Shown piece by piece: positions 9,346-17,265 of a stretch of 24,000 bases of DNA. Both the position numbers and the translations under genes were made by a program. Location: the NCBI GenBank assembly GCA_045126355.1, contig JBGVOE010000058.1:9121-33120 (forward strand). Direction: 5' to 3'. The DNA comes from Anaeroplasmataceae bacterium. GTDB lineage: Bacteria > Bacillota_I > Bacilli_A > Acholeplasmatales > Anaeroplasmataceae. Under the pieces are notes generated by a model that did not search any database, was not told the origin of the DNA, and saw only the letters and a list, made by a program, of their open reading frames with translations. Within the stretch, counting starts at the first letter, position 1. Each line of letters opens with the position of its first letter.

Positions 9346-10204
9346 TCTTATTTGTAATTTGAATGTATGTATTTAGTACGGTATGATTATCAAATGAACT
9401 AAATTTGAGATTGATAATGTAAATGTATAAAACCAAAAATTTAAAATACAATTTATAAAAATCATTCCCATATGAATTTAGCTTATCTTCTATCTCTTTA
9501 AACCACATACCTTCTATATCATCTAAAGATACATAAAGTTTAGCGTAATCAGAAACAAATATGCCAGTATAACCATTATCAAAACTAATTAATTTCTTTT
9601 GAATAAAATGATTTAAATTTAAATTACCATGATTTAGGGCATATATACAGTTTCCATGATTATCTAAATATTTATGTATTTTTCTTTGCATTGGATACAT
9701 TATTTTTTTAACATTTAATAGTATGTTATATTTACTTAAAATTATCCAATCAAAATCTGTTTTAACTACTCTTTCCTCGCATTCTCTCACAAGCATTTCA
9801 AGCGTTTGAAAAATACGGTCTAAATTCTTATAAATCCTATAAAAATATTTAAAATTTAAATCATTTAATCGCACAGTAAAGCCAGTTTTCTTATGTAATT
9901 CATGTACACAATCAATTAAATCAAAAATCTTTTTCTCACTTGGATATTCATAAAAATTAACATAATTATATATAAAATAAACATCATTTTCAAAACTAAA
10001 TTTCTTTATTGGATATAAGACATTACCAACCTTTTGACTAGCTAAAAAATCATAGATATTTTTAGTTTTTTTATTTACTTTTTTTAATATTAATTTACCC
10101 TCTTTAAATGATAGAAGCGTAACTAAATTAGTTAACGCTTCTTGTTTTTCTATTTTAAAATTAAACGCTTCTTCAATCTTAATAATAAACTCAATCTTTA
10201 TCAT
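9308..10204 (-). CDS. Divergent APH/CotS-like kinase-fold protein, candidate YsxE-like
   Basis: 298 aa; LILKKVNKKTKNIYDFL in the N-lobe; HGNLNLNHFI...KLISFDNGYTGIFVSDYAKLYVSLDDI aligns by eye with the APH/CotS catalytic region (HGDxxxxN...IDF/D). Overlaps the upstream SpoVID-like gene by 14 nt. Confidence 0.5.
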   Translation of the reverse strand: MIKIEFIIKIEEAFNFKIEKQEALTNLVTLLSFKEGKLILKKVNKKTKNIYDFLASQKVGNVLYPIKKFSFENDVYFIYNYVNFYEYPSEKKIFDLIDCVHELHKKTGFTVRLNDLNFKYFYRIYKNLDRIFQTLEMLVRECEERVVKTDFDWIILSKYNILLNVKKIMYPMQRKIHKYLDNHGNCIYALNHGNLNLNHFIQKKLISFDNGYTGIFVSDYAKLYVSLDDIEGMWFKEIEDKLNSYGNDFYKLYFKFLVLYIYIINLKFSSFDNHTVLNTYIQITNKINRFLTLTSNYQ

Positions 10205-10811
10205 AAACTATCACTTTATTATTATTCTTTTTTGCATCGTATAAATAATTTATTGATAAGTTATATTTCGCACTTATTTTATCTAAAGAACTATCATCTA
10301 ATGTAATTATTTTATATTTTGCATACTCACTTTTTAGATTGCCAAATAAAGATTCATCCCTAGATTCGCTAGAATTAATTATAACTGGATTTATTTCATC
10401 ATCTAACTCTTCTATCACTTCTTCTATAAGTTCTTCTCTTTGTTTTTCTAATTTTACTTCCATTTCTAACTGATAATTTTCTTTTATTTCATCTTTTATC
10501 TCATCAATTATAATAGTTTCAATATCTAAAGATATATCTAATTCAATCCCTTTATCTTTTATAATTTCTACATCAATTTTATTAATTTTAGCACTTAATT
10601 GCTCTGTTAATGTAGTATTAAGATCGATTGTGAAATCAAATTCTTTTTCTATTTCATTTAAAGATTTATCTAGATATTTTAAAGAGACTTCTAACATATA
10701 TTTTTCAAATTCAACTGTTGATTCTAAATGGATTAATTGATATGAAAAATCATTTATATTGGAAATATCTTCTATCTTATAAAACTTCTTTTCATTTACT
10801 ACGTATTTCAT
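10191..10811 (-). CDS. Protein with a beta-rich/acidic N-terminal region and C-terminal LysM-like domain, candidate SpoVID-like
   Basis: C-terminus YKIITLDDSSLDKISAKYNLSINYLYDAKKNNNKVIVY follows the LysM pattern; central Glu/Lys-rich linker. Track start 10823 (ATG GTG ATA TTT ATG); the internal ATG at 10811 has SD-like GGTGAT upstream. Confidence 0.5.
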   Translation of the reverse strand: MKYVVNEKKFYKIEDISNINDFSYQLIHLESTVEFEKYMLEVSLKYLDKSLNEIEKEFDFTIDLNTTLTEQLSAKINKIDVEIIKDKGIELDISLDIETIIIDEIKDEIKENYQLEMEVKLEKQREELIEEVIEELDDEINPVIINSSESRDESLFGNLKSEYAKYKIITLDDSSLDKISAKYNLSINYLYDAKKNNNKVIVYDKD

Positions 10812-10862
10812 AAATATCACCATAATATAATATGAAAAAATATATTAAAATATGAAAAAAAA

Positions 10863-10879
10863 CTGATGGTTTTCATCAG
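10863..10879 (-). terminator. Short intrinsic terminator overlapping the end region of the 105-aa membrane protein gene
   Basis: Minus strand CTGATG-aaaac-CATCAG-TTTTTTT immediately after the stop of 10883..11200. Confidence 0.7.
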
Positions 10880-10882
10880 GTT

Positions 10883-11200
10883 CTAATCATCATCTTCATC
10901 AATAATTTCTACTTCATCTTTAGGTTTTGAAGTAAAAATCGCAACAACAGGAATAGTTAAAAATATTATCCATCCTGGATGCCAAAGTCCAAAAGCAATT
11001 CCTATAAAAATGTAGATAACACAGCAAAGAAATGAATAAACATTTTCAATTCTTTTAACACCAAGTATTACTGGCATAAGTGGTATAAGGAAAAATATAC
11101 ACCATCCTGGATGCCATAATCCAAGGCAAAATCCTAATAATAAGAAAGTAATTAAACATAAAATAGGTGTAGCAGCAATAATTTTTTTCTTAGTATCCAT
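10883..11200 (-). CDS. Hypothetical membrane protein with duplicated GLWHPGWxIF module and acidic tail
   Basis: 105 aa; LLLGFCLGLWHPGWCIFFLIPLMPVIL and IFIGIAFGLWHPGWIIFLTIPVVAIF, ending EVEIIDEDDD; 2-nt gap to engB. Confidence 0.8.
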   Translation of the reverse strand: MDTKKKIIAATPILCLITFLLLGFCLGLWHPGWCIFFLIPLMPVILGVKRIENVYSFLCCVIYIFIGIAFGLWHPGWIIFLTIPVVAIFTSKPKDEVEIIDEDDD

Positions 11201-11202
11201 CT

Positions 11203-11796
11203 TTATTCCTCCTCACTAATACTTGCTTCAATCACTTCTAAAGTTTCTAAAATTCCTTTTTTAGACTCACTTGAAGTCGCAATAAAGATATCTTCTTCTC
11301 TTAAATTTAATTTAGCATAAATAGCTTTTTTATTTTTTACTAATTCGCTATTTTTTAACTTGTCCATTTTTGTAGCAATAACACAAACCTTAATATTATA
11401 TGCTTTTAAAAATTCATACATTAAACAGTCATCGGCAGTTGGTTCATGACGATAATCAACTAATAAGAAGGCTCTTTTTAAAGTTTCTCTTTTCATTAAA
11501 TATTCTTCAATCATCTTACCAAACGATTCTTTCATACTTTTACTAACTTTAGCGTATCCATAACCAGGAACGTCTACTAAGTAAAAGTTTTTATTTACTA
11601 AAAAGAAATTAACAGTTTGAGTTTTACCAGGATTACTTGAAGTTCTAGCTAATGACTTACGATTAACTAAGGCATTGATAAATGAACTTTTCCCAACATT
11701 ACTTCTTCCACAAAATAAAACTTCAGGAAGTCCATCAGTTGGAAAATGAGCAATCTTAGTACCGCTAGTAATAAATTCAGCGCTTGTAATTTTCAT
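11203..11796 (-). CDS. engB: Ribosome biogenesis GTPase YsxC/EngB
   Basis: 197 aa; LPEVLFCGRSNVGKSSFINALVNRKSLARTSSNPGKTQTVNFF, LVDVPGYGYAKVSK, IATKMDKLK. Confidence 0.97.
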   Translation of the reverse strand: MKITSAEFITSGTKIAHFPTDGLPEVLFCGRSNVGKSSFINALVNRKSLARTSSNPGKTQTVNFFLVNKNFYLVDVPGYGYAKVSKSMKESFGKMIEEYLMKRETLKRAFLLVDYRHEPTADDCLMYEFLKAYNIKVCVIATKMDKLKNSELVKNKKAIYAKLNLREEDIFIATSSESKKGILETLEVIEASISEEE

Positions 11797-11798
11797 TT

Positions 11799-12617
11799 TT
11801 ATTTCACTCCTAATCGATTAAGGAAATTAGTTAAATCTTTTCCTTCTAAAACATTATAAGCTAAATCTTCATGAGAATAGTCAATAATTCCGTGATAATC
11901 TGACCCAGCTGTAATAATCATGCCACGTTTAGCACAAATTTCTCTAAATAATTTTTCATCCATAGCTTTATTTTTAGGATAAATCGCTTCTAGTCCATCG
12001 ACATTTTCGTTAATAAGTTCTAACACATCATTTTTCTTAAGTAATACAGGATGTGCAATAACAACTATAGCGCCATTTTCTTTTAAGAATTTAACTCCAT
12101 CAGCTGTTTGTAATTTAGTAGATGAAATATATCCAGGGCATCCTTCTCTTAAATAATTTTTAAAGATTGTTTCTTTTTCGTATTCTGGATTACTTAAAGC
12201 TATCTCACGAATTAAGTGAGCTCTAGTAATTGTCCCAATTGGTTTCATTAATCTTTCATAATTAATTTTAAAACCGTATAAAGTTTCCATGTTTTTAGCC
12301 ATGTTAAAAATGCGTTCGCGTCGGAATTTATGTTGTTCTTTGGAAAAATCTTTAATAGCTTGTGGAATTTGATTAGGAAAATATCCTAATACATGCACAC
12401 TTTCACCGTTATGTTCTGTTGAAAGTTCAATGCCAGGAATAACCTTAATGTTAATTTCCTTACCGTATTCTATCGCCTCACTAACACCTTCTGTTGAATC
12501 ATGGTCAGTAATCGCAATAATATCTAACCTTTTACTTTTTGCATAATCTAATAATTTTTTAATAGTTAATGTACCATCAGAATATACTGAATGCATATGT
12601 AAATCCGCTCTTAACAT
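11799..12617 (-). CDS. PHP-domain phosphoesterase (TrpH/YciV-like)
   Basis: LRADLHMHSVYSDGTLTIKKLLDYAKSKRLDIIAITDHDSTEG, IPGIELSTEHNGESVHVLGY, GSDYHG. Start reassigned from 12659 to ATG at 12617: AATCGGAGGTGTATTATG gives a strong SD and a 7-nt overlap with the upstream gene. Confidence 0.92.
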   Translation of the reverse strand: MLRADLHMHSVYSDGTLTIKKLLDYAKSKRLDIIAITDHDSTEGVSEAIEYGKEINIKVIPGIELSTEHNGESVHVLGYFPNQIPQAIKDFSKEQHKFRRERIFNMAKNMETLYGFKINYERLMKPIGTITRAHLIREIALSNPEYEKETIFKNYLREGCPGYISSTKLQTADGVKFLKENGAIVVIAHPVLLKKNDVLELINENVDGLEAIYPKNKAMDEKLFREICAKRGMIITAGSDYHGIIDYSHEDLAYNVLEGKDLTNFLNRLGVK

Positions 12618-14191
12618 AATACACCTCCGATTATTTGTGCAATAATATGTAGTGCACATTTTATACCATCAAGGGCACTTGAAGTAATACCACCAGCGTA
12701 ACCCGCACCTTCACCAATCGGATAAACACCTTTGATATTTGACTCAAAATTTTCTCGAATAATTCTAACTGGACTACTAGAACGAGATTCAACAATTGTT
12801 AATATTGCATCTGGATCTAAGAATCCCTTTATTTTTTTATCAATTTCAATTATACCACCTTTTAAACCATCAATGATAAAATCTGGTAGTATTCCTTTAA
12901 ATGAAGCAAAAACAGTTTTATTAGGATAAGTTGGTTTAATACTTCTAAAACCATCTGCTACTTCATCAGCTAAAAACTCTTTAACTAAATTACATGGAGC
13001 TTTATATGAATTAGTTAACTCATAACAAGCTTTTTCAATTTTTTCTTGGAAATATAGGCCATCTAATGGACTATTAAGGTAAAAATCTTCCACTCTAACA
13101 TTAACTAATAAAGCACTATTGGCGTTAACTCCATCTCTTGCTTCATAGCTCATACCATTTGTAACAATAGTATTTTTACTTGAAGAACTTGCTACTACAT
13201 ATCCACCAGGACACATACAGAATGTATAAACATCTCTTGTAGGTAAGTGTACTGCTGCTTTATATGAGGCTGCATCATGAATATTAGAATTAAATCCATA
13301 CTGAATATTATTAATATCCTTTTGTAAATGTTCTATTCTTGCACCCATACTAAATGCCTTAGGTTCTAATAGAAAACCATTTTTATATAACATTTCATAA
13401 GTATCTTTAGCTGAATGACCAATACCTAAAATGATATAAGGTGAACTAAATTCATACTCAATCCCATTAGAGGTAGCTTTTAAATAATTATTTTTTACAT
13501 CAACAACTTTATAGTTAAAATAAAATTCTCCACCTAAATTTATAATTGCTTGACGCATATTTTTCATACATATACGTAATTTATCAGTTCCTACATGTGG
13601 TAAATTATCATAATAAACACTTTCTTTTGCACCAAACTCCACAAAAGTCTTTAAGATAAACTTAATTCTTGGATCATTTAGATTTGTAGTAAGCTTTCCA
13701 TCAGAAAATGTTCCAGCTCCACCTTCACCAAAACAAATGTTACTACTTTCATTTAAGATATCTTCATTAAAGAATAATTTGATATCTAAGGCTCTCTCAT
13801 CAACCATCTTACCTTGTTCAAAGATAATTGGTTTTAAATTAGCTAAAGCTAAGATATAAGCACAAAACATTCCTGCTGGACCACTTCCAACAACAAGCGG
13901 TCTATCCTTAATATTTAACTTTTCAACATTAATTGAATCAGAATAAGTAGTATCAAATTTAACATGCTTATTATATAACTTTTGATTTTTTCTTTCTTCT
14001 ATATTTAGTTCTAAAACTACTTGGTAAATATAGAATGGGTCATTTTTAACTCTTAAATCTAATGATTTTTTTACTAATTTACCATCAATTATATTTTTAT
14101 TTTTAATCTTATACTTTGTATAAACATATTTTAAAATTTCTTGTTCAGTTAAATTTTCTTTTAATTTAATATCTAAAATAGTTACTTGCAT
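12611..14191 (-). CDS. FAD-dependent dehydrogenase/oxidoreductase of unknown substrate (COG2509-like)
   Basis: 526 aa; RPLVVGSGPAGMFCAYILALANLKPIIFEQG, CFGEGGAGTFSDGKLTT, YPIGEGAGYAGGITSSALDG. Confidence 0.88.
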   Translation of the reverse strand: MQVTILDIKLKENLTEQEILKYVYTKYKIKNKNIIDGKLVKKSLDLRVKNDPFYIYQVVLELNIEERKNQKLYNKHVKFDTTYSDSINVEKLNIKDRPLVVGSGPAGMFCAYILALANLKPIIFEQGKMVDERALDIKLFFNEDILNESSNICFGEGGAGTFSDGKLTTNLNDPRIKFILKTFVEFGAKESVYYDNLPHVGTDKLRICMKNMRQAIINLGGEFYFNYKVVDVKNNYLKATSNGIEYEFSSPYIILGIGHSAKDTYEMLYKNGFLLEPKAFSMGARIEHLQKDINNIQYGFNSNIHDAASYKAAVHLPTRDVYTFCMCPGGYVVASSSSKNTIVTNGMSYEARDGVNANSALLVNVRVEDFYLNSPLDGLYFQEKIEKACYELTNSYKAPCNLVKEFLADEVADGFRSIKPTYPNKTVFASFKGILPDFIIDGLKGGIIEIDKKIKGFLDPDAILTIVESRSSSPVRIIRENFESNIKGVYPIGEGAGYAGGITSSALDGIKCALHIIAQIIGGVLC

Positions 14192-15321
14192 ATTTTATCC
14201 GCCGCAATAAGTGCTGATGTAAAGGCATACCATAAGTTAAATCCACCACAAATACCAACTTGATCTGTAGCTTCACCTAAGATAAACATATTAGGTTTAT
14301 TTTTTACTTCAAATAATTCAAGTTCATCTAAAGCAATTCCACCCTTAGCTACATGGGCATTTGTAATCGGATAGGTGTTAGTAATAGTTAATTTAAAATC
14401 TTTAAATTGTTTTAAATAACTATCTAGAACATCCTCATCTAAAGTTGTTACTTTACTATTTGGATAACCTTTATTAAACATTCCTAATAACTTATTATTA
14501 ACTGAACCAAATAATAAATTATGAAGGTGAACATATGGGTCATTTTTAATTTTTCTATTAACAACCATCTTTAACATTTCAAATGAATAATCATCTAAAA
14601 AATCAAAAGACAGTATCTTATCTTTATCATAAAAGACACTCAAGTCCATTACACAAATACCACTAACACCATCTTCTTTAAACATCACTTCGCCTTTAGA
14701 AGAATGCTGTCCTAATTTAACAGTAGCATTTGCTCTTACTCCAAATAATGAAGAAATATCTTCTTTTACCTTAAAGCCAACTAAAGCAGGAGTAAATTTA
14801 TCCATTTTTAAATTTAAAGATTTTAACAATTCATCACTATAATTATTTATACTTGCATTAGTTCCAACACAAATTAAAACTTTATCATATAGTATTCCAT
14901 CAACTAAATACTTATCATTTTTTGTTTTAATATTAGTAATCTCTTTACTTAAAACCACATTTACTTTTTTGTAAAATAATTCTTTTGAAATAAGTTCAAC
15001 AACAGTAGCAGCTTGATTACTTTTTGGGTATATTCTTCCTTCTTCGACAGTTGTAAATAAACCTAAATAATGAAAGAATTCAAGCATACTATCTTTATAT
15101 CCAGCATCAAGCATTTCTTTAATAATAGATTGATGTTGATACTTATCGCAACTTATATCTACATTTGAAAGATTACATCTACCATTACCTGTAGTTGCAA
15201 CTTTTTTTAATAGCTTATTATTTTTCTCATAAATAGTAACATCTATTTGTGGGTTATTAACTTTTATTCTAAGTGCAGCAAAGCAACCGCTTGCTCCACC
15301 ACCAATAATTGCAACATTCAT
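14182..15321 (-). CDS. NAD(P)/FAD-dependent flavoprotein of the YhiN/BaiN family
   Basis: 379 aa; MNVAIIGGGASGCFAALRI, KKVATTGNGRCNLSN, NAHVAKGGIALDEL, FILGEATDQVGICGGFNLWYAFTSA. Confidence 0.9.
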   Translation of the reverse strand: MNVAIIGGGASGCFAALRIKVNNPQIDVTIYEKNNKLLKKVATTGNGRCNLSNVDISCDKYQHQSIIKEMLDAGYKDSMLEFFHYLGLFTTVEEGRIYPKSNQAATVVELISKELFYKKVNVVLSKEITNIKTKNDKYLVDGILYDKVLICVGTNASINNYSDELLKSLNLKMDKFTPALVGFKVKEDISSLFGVRANATVKLGQHSSKGEVMFKEDGVSGICVMDLSVFYDKDKILSFDFLDDYSFEMLKMVVNRKIKNDPYVHLHNLLFGSVNNKLLGMFNKGYPNSKVTTLDEDVLDSYLKQFKDFKLTITNTYPITNAHVAKGGIALDELELFEVKNKPNMFILGEATDQVGICGGFNLWYAFTSALIAADKICK

Positions 15322-15338
15322 GGTAGATAATCTCCTTT

Positions 15339-16139
15339 TTAAGTAATATCAATTTTATTTTTAATTAAATAATAACTTCCGAAATAGAATCCAACTGTTC
15401 CTACTAACATCCAGAAGAATGATGAAAAATCAATAACTACAATATTTTCCAATAAGAAATCATAATCATTATACTGAATGAATTGGTATCCTAATTCTTC
15501 ACCATAAGTTAACGCGAATGGTAAAATACGAATATTCATAATATATGATACTGCGATAACAGCAATTACAAACACTAAAAATTTAGAACCTTTACTTTGT
15601 TTTTTGATATAACCACTATGTGAGAACGCATGACAGAATAAAATAAAACATAGTAAAAAGACAAAACCAATTAAAATTTGAATACTATAGATTGAGACTA
15701 AATCAAAATGTTTAAATAATTCTATAAACACATTACCTAATTCTCTAAAAGCTTCTGTAACTTCATCTAAAACCCCAAATCCAAACAATACAAACAAAAT
15801 ACCTACTAAAAATGAAACTATATATAAAGCAACATATATAAAGTTAACTAAAATTTTAGAAATTAAAATAGTATGTGTATTAATAGGTAATGTTAATGTT
15901 AAATAGCCACTTTGTGTAAACAGCCTTCCAGTTAGTGTTTTATGAATAGAAATATATGACATTATCGAACAAGCATACACACAAACAATCAGTGACAAAA
16001 GTCCTAATGTTAATAAAAATTCTAACTCTAATAATGCACCTATACAAAATAAAATAGATAAACCTACAATCATTCCGCAAATTGTTAAAGGCATTTGACA
16101 TGTATTTTTAAATTCGTGTGAAAAATATTTTCTAAACAT
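15339..16139 (-). CDS. ABC transporter permease (6-TM, ABC-2-like)
   Basis: Strongly hydrophobic, adjacent to the ATPase gene. The track start at 16148 is a GTG inside the SD region; CTAGGAGGTGATTTTAATG places AGGAGG 8 nt before ATG at 16139. Confidence 0.8.
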   Translation of the reverse strand: MFRKYFSHEFKNTCQMPLTICGMIVGLSILFCIGALLELEFLLTLGLLSLIVCVYACSIMSYISIHKTLTGRLFTQSGYLTLTLPINTHTILISKILVNFIYVALYIVSFLVGILFVLFGFGVLDEVTEAFRELGNVFIELFKHFDLVSIYSIQILIGFVFLLCFILFCHAFSHSGYIKKQSKGSKFLVFVIAVIAVSYIMNIRILPFALTYGEELGYQFIQYNDYDFLLENIVVIDFSSFFWMLVGTVGFYFGSYYLIKNKIDIT

Positions 16140-16857
16140 TAAAATCACCTCCTAGGAAATTAACTTTAAATACTTCTCTAAAGATTTGATCAATTGTTTT
16201 ATCAGGATATATTTCCTTTAAATTTTCTTTAGTGTTATCTAAGAAAACATTTCCTTCGTTAATAAAAATAACTCGATCAGTAATATCTTCAATATCGCTA
16301 ATAAGGTGTGTTGTTAAAATAACTGTAGCTCTTTTATCATAATTTTGCATAATTAAATTAAAAATCACATCTCTACTAGCTGGGTCAACTCCCGCAATTG
16401 GTTCATCAAATAAATACAATTTAGCACGACGAGATAAAACTAGGATAACTTGTAATTTTTCTTTATTACCTTTTGATAAAGCCTTAACCTTACTTTTTAA
16501 TTCGATATGAAATTTTTCCAATAAGTTTTTAGCTCTTTCGCTATCAAAATCATCATAAAACTTTTCAAATACTTTAATGCATTCTAAAACAGTCCACTTT
16601 TCTTCTAAATAGTTTACATCTGGTAAATAGGAAACTATTTTTTTAGTTTCAATACCTGGTTTGTGACCATCAATTAAAACTTCACCATTATAACGCATTA
16701 ATAGATTAGATAAGATTTTAATTAAAGTAGTTTTTCCACTACCATTTGGGCCAAATAAACCAACGATTTCTCCCTCATTAATCTCTAGGTTAATTCCTTT
16801 TAAAGCTTTATGCCCAAAATATGATTTTTCTAAATTCTTAATTTCAATAAAACTCAT
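16132..16857 (-). CDS. ABC transporter ATP-binding protein
   Basis: 241 aa; Walker A GLFGPNGSGKTTL, Walker B KLYLFDEPIAGVDP, ALSKGNKEKLQVILVLSRRA signature, H-loop TTHLISD. Confidence 0.95.
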   Translation of the reverse strand: MSFIEIKNLEKSYFGHKALKGINLEINEGEIVGLFGPNGSGKTTLIKILSNLLMRYNGEVLIDGHKPGIETKKIVSYLPDVNYLEEKWTVLECIKVFEKFYDDFDSERAKNLLEKFHIELKSKVKALSKGNKEKLQVILVLSRRAKLYLFDEPIAGVDPASRDVIFNLIMQNYDKRATVILTTHLISDIEDITDRVIFINEGNVFLDNTKENLKEIYPDKTIDQIFREVFKVNFLGGDFNV

Positions 16858-16880
16858 AATTTCACGCTCCCTTTTTCTAA

Positions 16881-16910
16881 ATTATACCACATAAAAATAA
16901 AAAGACACAA
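16881..16910 (-). promoter_or_regulatory. Promoter of the ABC transporter operon
   Basis: Minus strand TTGTGT-N18-TATAAT with TGG extended -10. The -35 lies within the upstream terminator hairpin. Confidence 0.6.
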
Positions 16911-16922
16911 TAAAGTGTCTTT
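16901..16922 (-). terminator. Intrinsic terminator of the rimP...rbfA operon
   Basis: Minus strand AAGACAC-tttatt-GTGTCTT-TTTATTTTT shortly after the rbfA stop. Confidence 0.85.
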
Positions 16923-16926
16923 ATAT

Positions 16927-17265
16927 TTAATCATTTTTGTTTAATTTATTGATGATTTCGTTAATATGATTTCCGTATTCTAATGCTTCATCATATTTAA
17001 AAACAAGTTCAGGCATTTTTCTAGCTTTAACTCTACGTGCTAATTCACTGCGTAAAAATCCTTTAGCTTTATCTAAACTACCAACAATTTTTTCTTTTAA
17101 ATAGTCTGGAACTGTATAGTAAACAGTAGCATAAGATAGGTCATTTGTAACTCTAACTTCTGTAATTGTTACAGCAGTCAAATTAGCATCACGTGCTTCT
17201 CTAGAAAGTAAGATTGATAATTCTTTACTAAGCGTTTTAGCTAAACGTTCTACATTTAAACTCAT
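16927..17265 (-). CDS. rbfA: 30S ribosome-binding factor RbfA
   Basis: 112 aa; VERLAKTLSKELSILLSREARD, ITEVRVTNDLSYATVYYTV; directly downstream of infB. Confidence 0.94.
   Translation of the reverse strand: MSLNVERLAKTLSKELSILLSREARDANLTAVTITEVRVTNDLSYATVYYTVPDYLKEKIVGSLDKAKGFLRSELARRVKARKMPELVFKYDEALEYGNHINEIINKLNKND

Noticed and set aside
10821-10860. TTTTTTCATATT occurring twice, considered as a CRISPR-like or regulatory tandem repeat
   Set aside because: Only two copies about 20 bp apart in extremely AT-rich sequence; kept only as a possible promoter, not a repeat array.
12732-12929. Plus-strand 65-aa ORF
   Set aside because: Antisense to the conserved C-terminus of the FAD dehydrogenase; no support.
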